DNA of 28,192 nt, taken from the IMG/VR virus record IMGVR_UViG_3300042402_007568, positions 1 through 28,192 of that record; one strand, 5' to 3'. The notes under the pieces are model-generated. The model saw only the letters and a program-made list of their open reading frames with translations. It was not told the DNA's origin and made no database searches. This DNA is from a virus (taxonomy: Duplodnaviria; Caudoviricetes). The position numbers were made by a program, and so were the translations under genes. Of the stretch, positions 24,923-28,192 are shown one piece after another. Positions within the stretch are counted from its first letter, which is position 1, and each line of letters opens with the position of its first letter.

Positions 24923-26278
24923 ATGAAAGAAAACAAGTATTTCCCTTATATTGTAGCTATTTCTGCAATAACTATCTCGTTTTCTGCTGCTTTTTACTCG
25001 ATTTTTGGTATAGGTAAAATGTTTGCGGGTGCTTCTACCAACGTGATGGTAATGGCAGCTAGTTTGGAATTTGCCAAGCTAGTTATAGCATCCCTATTGT
25101 ACAGATTCTGGGATGAAATAAACAAGGTGCTTAAAATTTACCTCACTATAGCGTGCTTTGTCTTAATAGTGATCACGTCGGCAGGAATCTATGGATTTTT
25201 GTCTTCTGCATATCAAGAAACTGCTAACAAGGTAGAAAATGTGGATAAAAATACTGCTGTTATTGAGAAAAGAAAGCAGATGATCCAGAGACAATTAGAT
25301 CAGGCAGAAAAACAACTTGAGCTTAAAAGTAACAGACAGAACACTCTTTCTGACATGAGAAACAGACAGCAAAGCAATGCTGATAATCTTATAGCACAGA
25401 ACAAATCGGTTTCTTCTGTTAGATCACAAATGAATCAGCTCAGTAAAGAAAGCAAGACCCTGGACGATGACATAAAGATCCTACAGGATTCTATTGCATC
25501 TAAAACACAACAAATAAATGACTTGGATCTGGAGATTCTTAATGTGTCTTCCAATAATGATATAGCAAATGAAATAGGACCTTTAAAATATATTGCAAAG
25601 ATCACAGGAAAATCATTGGATCAGGTAGTAAACTGGTTTATTATAGCTTTAATGTTAGTTTTTGATCCTTTAGCAATCGCACTAGTTGTTGCTGCCAACT
25701 TTGTTTTTTCTTATGTGGATAAAAACAAAAAGAATGAATCTCCAAAAAATCCAGAACCGGAAAAAACTGATGAGGAAGTAATAGTTCATGAAGGGGAAGA
25801 AATCACTCAGAAGGAAGAGATTCTAGAGCCTATTGAAGAGATAGCAGAAGAACATGTGGAGGAAATCGAAGAAATTCCACTTACATTAAAGGGATTTGTC
25901 GTGGGAAATACGCCAGTAGCAGATACTAGCGAAGATATAAAAAATAAAGATGAACAAGAAAACATTTTTGAGAAAGAAGAAGAGATTTCCCAAGGAAGCT
26001 CTACCGAAGAATTGCCTTTGGAAAATGAGGGAAATAGTGAAAAGAGCGAAGAAGAAGTAGTTTATTCACCGGATTTTTCCTCTATTAGTCCTTCATTAAC
26101 TCCAGAGGAAGAAGTCAGTGAGGAAGAATCGGAAGTAAATGAAGAGGAGGGAGAATTTAAGGGGTATAAATTGGGTAACGTCTATAATAAACCCAGAAAA
26201 AGTATAAAAGAATACAAGAATAAAAAGGAAATTCCAATCGATATGTTAGTTCGTAAGGAAGATCCTACTAGACTATAA
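24923..26278 (+). CDS. Membrane protein: three N-terminal TM helices, long coiled coil, fourth TM, acidic disordered tail
   Basis: Hydrophobic segments at about aa 8-30, 41-60 and 72-93, a Gln/Lys/Leu heptad region, WFIIALMLVFDPLAIALVVAA, then a Glu-rich C-terminus. Confidence 0.8.
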   Translation: MKENKYFPYIVAISAITISFSAAFYSIFGIGKMFAGASTNVMVMAASLEFAKLVIASLLYRFWDEINKVLKIYLTIACFVLIVITSAGIYGFLSSAYQETANKVENVDKNTAVIEKRKQMIQRQLDQAEKQLELKSNRQNTLSDMRNRQQSNADNLIAQNKSVSSVRSQMNQLSKESKTLDDDIKILQDSIASKTQQINDLDLEILNVSSNNDIANEIGPLKYIAKITGKSLDQVVNWFIIALMLVFDPLAIALVVAANFVFSYVDKNKKNESPKNPEPEKTDEEVIVHEGEEITQKEEILEPIEEIAEEHVEEIEEIPLTLKGFVVGNTPVADTSEDIKNKDEQENIFEKEEEISQGSSTEELPLENEGNSEKSEEEVVYSPDFSSISPSLTPEEEVSEEESEVNEEEGEFKGYKLGNVYNKPRKSIKEYKNKKEIPIDMLVRKEDPTRL

Positions 26279-26279
26279 A

Positions 26280-26864
26280 ATGCCAAACGTATTAAAAACA
26301 GATTCGAGGTACATTAAATTTCTGAATTGTAATCCAGAAAAGCAAAAGAAAATAGTTTTTGAAGGGTCCTTTCTTAAAATAATAGAGGGATCTAAAGTTT
26401 TGTACTCTTTAGATATGTCTGGATTTTTTCATCCCGCTTCTATTAACGGCGGAAGTTTTAAAAAGAGAATTTATATAGATCCTGAAAAAGAATGGAATCT
26501 ATTTGGCGGAAACATAGCTCAGGATCAAGGAGAGGTTTCTCTTATCGTTATAAAAGTAAAATATGATAGGACTTTAACGGATGATGAGAAATTAATTTTC
26601 TGGGAATATAAGGGAAAAAGATTTCCGCTTAAAAACGTATTATTTTTAAGTGGTAAGACCTTAGATCATGTTAAGCATCACGGATGGGATTTAGAACCAT
26701 ATAATGTTTACGGTGATCCAACGGACGTATCCCCTTTAGTAAATCCCGAGTTTAGTCCGGTTTTAAGTCCACAACCAACTTCACCAGATTTTAGTTTGGG
26801 TGGAATTAAAATATTAAATACAACTTCCAAAGAAGTTGAAGTAGAAATATTAGTTATGAATTAA
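26280..26864 (+). CDS. Hypothetical beta-rich late protein, paralogue of the next gene
   Basis: Shares GEV....I.VKY, Y.GK and GGI.I.N...K.VEV...V with 26864..27505. Confidence 0.78.
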   Translation: MPNVLKTDSRYIKFLNCNPEKQKKIVFEGSFLKIIEGSKVLYSLDMSGFFHPASINGGSFKKRIYIDPEKEWNLFGGNIAQDQGEVSLIVIKVKYDRTLTDDEKLIFWEYKGKRFPLKNVLFLSGKTLDHVKHHGWDLEPYNVYGDPTDVSPLVNPEFSPVLSPQPTSPDFSLGGIKILNTTSKEVEVEILVMN

Positions 26865-27505
26865 TGGCAACAGCACCTTTAATATGTAAAGCAGATTTAG
26901 CTAATACCTTAATAGAAGGTGGTGGATTTAATCGTTGTACCTTTCAGGTAACTAAAGATTCATCAGTACTAAATTCTTTTGACTTTTGTGATTTCTCGCT
27001 GGATATCGATGATTTTTTTGCCCAAACCTTAAATTTAAAAGGGGGAAGCGCTTTTCTTTTAGATGATTCTGGATTATCTAATTCCTTCGGGGAGGTTAAA
27101 GCACTTATAATCAGTGTTAAATATCCAGCTTCTTTCACAACAGATTCTAGTAAGTATATAAATCTTGTTTACGAGGGAAAAGTTTACTCCATAGGTAGTT
27201 TTCACATCTGGACAGGGGAACCTGGTGCAGAAGCAGGGAGGGGTATTTCAGCACTTCCCAATAATTACATAACTAGTCCTCTTTACAATGAAGGTGGGAT
27301 AGTGATCCATAATCCACACACAAAAAATGTTGAGGTGACAACTATAGTTGCTTCTGGTGGAAGCTTAGGAACCGGAATGAGCGGAACTAGCGGAACTGGA
27401 GGCTCTACGAATGGTGGAAGTAGTGGATCATCTGGAAGTAGTGGAAGTTCTGGTATTACTCCAACCTATTTCGGAACAAGTACAACATTAATAACTTTAT
27501 CATAA
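26864..27505 (+). CDS. Putative virion fibre-attachment protein with Gly-Ser/Thr triplet tail
   Basis: TAATG-coupled. Beta-rich domain followed by GMSGTSGTGG...GSSGSSGSSGSSG. Confidence 0.72.
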   Translation: MATAPLICKADLANTLIEGGGFNRCTFQVTKDSSVLNSFDFCDFSLDIDDFFAQTLNLKGGSAFLLDDSGLSNSFGEVKALIISVKYPASFTTDSSKYINLVYEGKVYSIGSFHIWTGEPGAEAGRGISALPNNYITSPLYNEGGIVIHNPHTKNVEVTTIVASGGSLGTGMSGTSGTGGSTNGGSSGSSGSSGSSGITPTYFGTSTTLITLS

Positions 27506-28192
27506 ATGGCATACTCTAATATAACCATAACAACAAATCCGCGTCTTTCATTCAGGCAGTATGACTTTATACAGGTAACCCATGACTCTGACAACTATAT
27601 AATTGGTAGGGTTATTAGTTATAATGCTTTAAGTGGTGAATTAACATTTACACCGCTTGTTATAAGAGGCTCGGGGAGTTTTAGCACCTGGGAGGTAACC
27701 CTAACAGGAGATCCTGGAGATGATGGAACTAGCGGAACTAGTGGATCTGCTGGACAACCAACTTCTGGGACTTCAGGAACATCAGGGTCTTTAAACATAT
27801 TAAATTCCGGTCCCCACAGAGTATTAAGATTTGGTAGCGATGGCCAATCTATATTTGGAGCTCAAAATCTTCTTTTCGATGGCCGAACATTAAGCATCAA
27901 TCCTTTCGAGTATAGTGTAGGTGCAGATCCCATCTATAGAATAGTTTATCACAGCGACGGCACGGCAGGAACAGCAGGAATTGTTGTTAGAGGACCGGTT
28001 TTCGGACAGACATATCAGGGTATAGTAGAAAATAGAGTACCCCACGATTATCAACATCAATTTGTAGTTGGAAATTCTAATGTTGCACACATAGATTCTC
28101 AGGGATTACATGTTCAGCAAGCTTTAATAGCGGATAACGGGGTTTACTTCGAATCTCTCGAACAAGACAACAGTCAAACCAGATTTTTAGTG
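27506..28192 (+). CDS. Collagen-like (Gly-Thr/Ser-Ser) fibre protein, 3'-partial; absent from the ORF track
   Basis: My translation gives 229 open codons to the window end: MAYSNITITTNPRLSFRQYDFIQVTHDSDNYIIGRVISYNALSGELTF...GSGSFSTWEVTLTGDPGDDGTSGTSGSAG...SGTSGTSG...NLLFDG. Confidence 0.82.
   Translation, partial: MAYSNITITTNPRLSFRQYDFIQVTHDSDNYIIGRVISYNALSGELTFTPLVIRGSGSFSTWEVTLTGDPGDDGTSGTSGSAGQPTSGTSGTSGSLNILNSGPHRVLRFGSDGQSIFGAQNLLFDGRTLSINPFEYSVGADPIYRIVYHSDGTAGTAGIVVRGPVFGQTYQGIVENRVPHDYQHQFVVGNSNVAHIDSQGLHVQQALIADNGVYFESLEQDNSQTRFLV

Noticed and set aside
1487-28090. Minus-strand ORFs nested in long genes (e.g. 2109..2552, 5594..5890, 16545..16859, 20805..21128, 27890..28090) and 12689..12880 (+)
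   Set aside because: They are shadow frames of well-supported genes, with no recognisable motifs or promoters. Only 8860..9141 occupies its own space.
1-28192. Stop-codon reassignment (TAG or TGA recoding as in some jumbo and crAss-like phages)
   Set aside because: Core genes are full length in code 11. TAG (3196, 13959, 21713) and TGA (1073, 6056, 20011) end genes at sensible positions.
1-28192. CRISPR array, tRNA, rRNA or IS element
   Set aside because: Intergenic gaps are under about 100 nt and explained by promoters and terminators. No spaced direct repeats, cloverleafs or transposase motifs were seen.

Overview
A 28-kb, AT-rich, almost entirely plus-strand segment of a large T4-superfamily-like (jumbo-type) myovirus genome, read in the standard code. 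A Bacteroidota host is likely, from the A-rich starts lacking Shine-Dalgarno sites, a TAnnTTTG promoter, a Bacteroides-like dCMP deaminase and a Bacteroidota-style lipoprotein. The replication/recombination block holds a YkuK-like RNase H, UvsX, gp41 helicase, a gp33-like coactivator and gp47/gp46. The morphogenesis block holds gp15, an enlarged gp14, TerS, TerL, a 1123-aa sheath, two tube paralogues and gp26/gp51-like hub genes. A further operon holds dCMP deaminase, an ECF-type sigma factor and a PD-(D/E)XK nuclease, and the window ends in a late block with Gly-Ser/Thr collagen-like fibre genes. Four signals stand out. (1) Three promoter classes suggest a transcription cascade: host-type TAnnTTTG, ECF-type GAAAY-N16-TnTAWAA, and a late RATATATA box. 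(2) Ser-Pro dipeptides cluster strongly in the central, probably outward-facing sheath insert and in other late proteins, suggesting a modification motif. (3) A fibre domain appears split across an in-frame TAA-ATG junction. (4) A prfB-like CTT-TGA +1 shift site joins the gp26- and gp51-like frames. All family assignments come from motifs recognised by eye, and no database searches were run.
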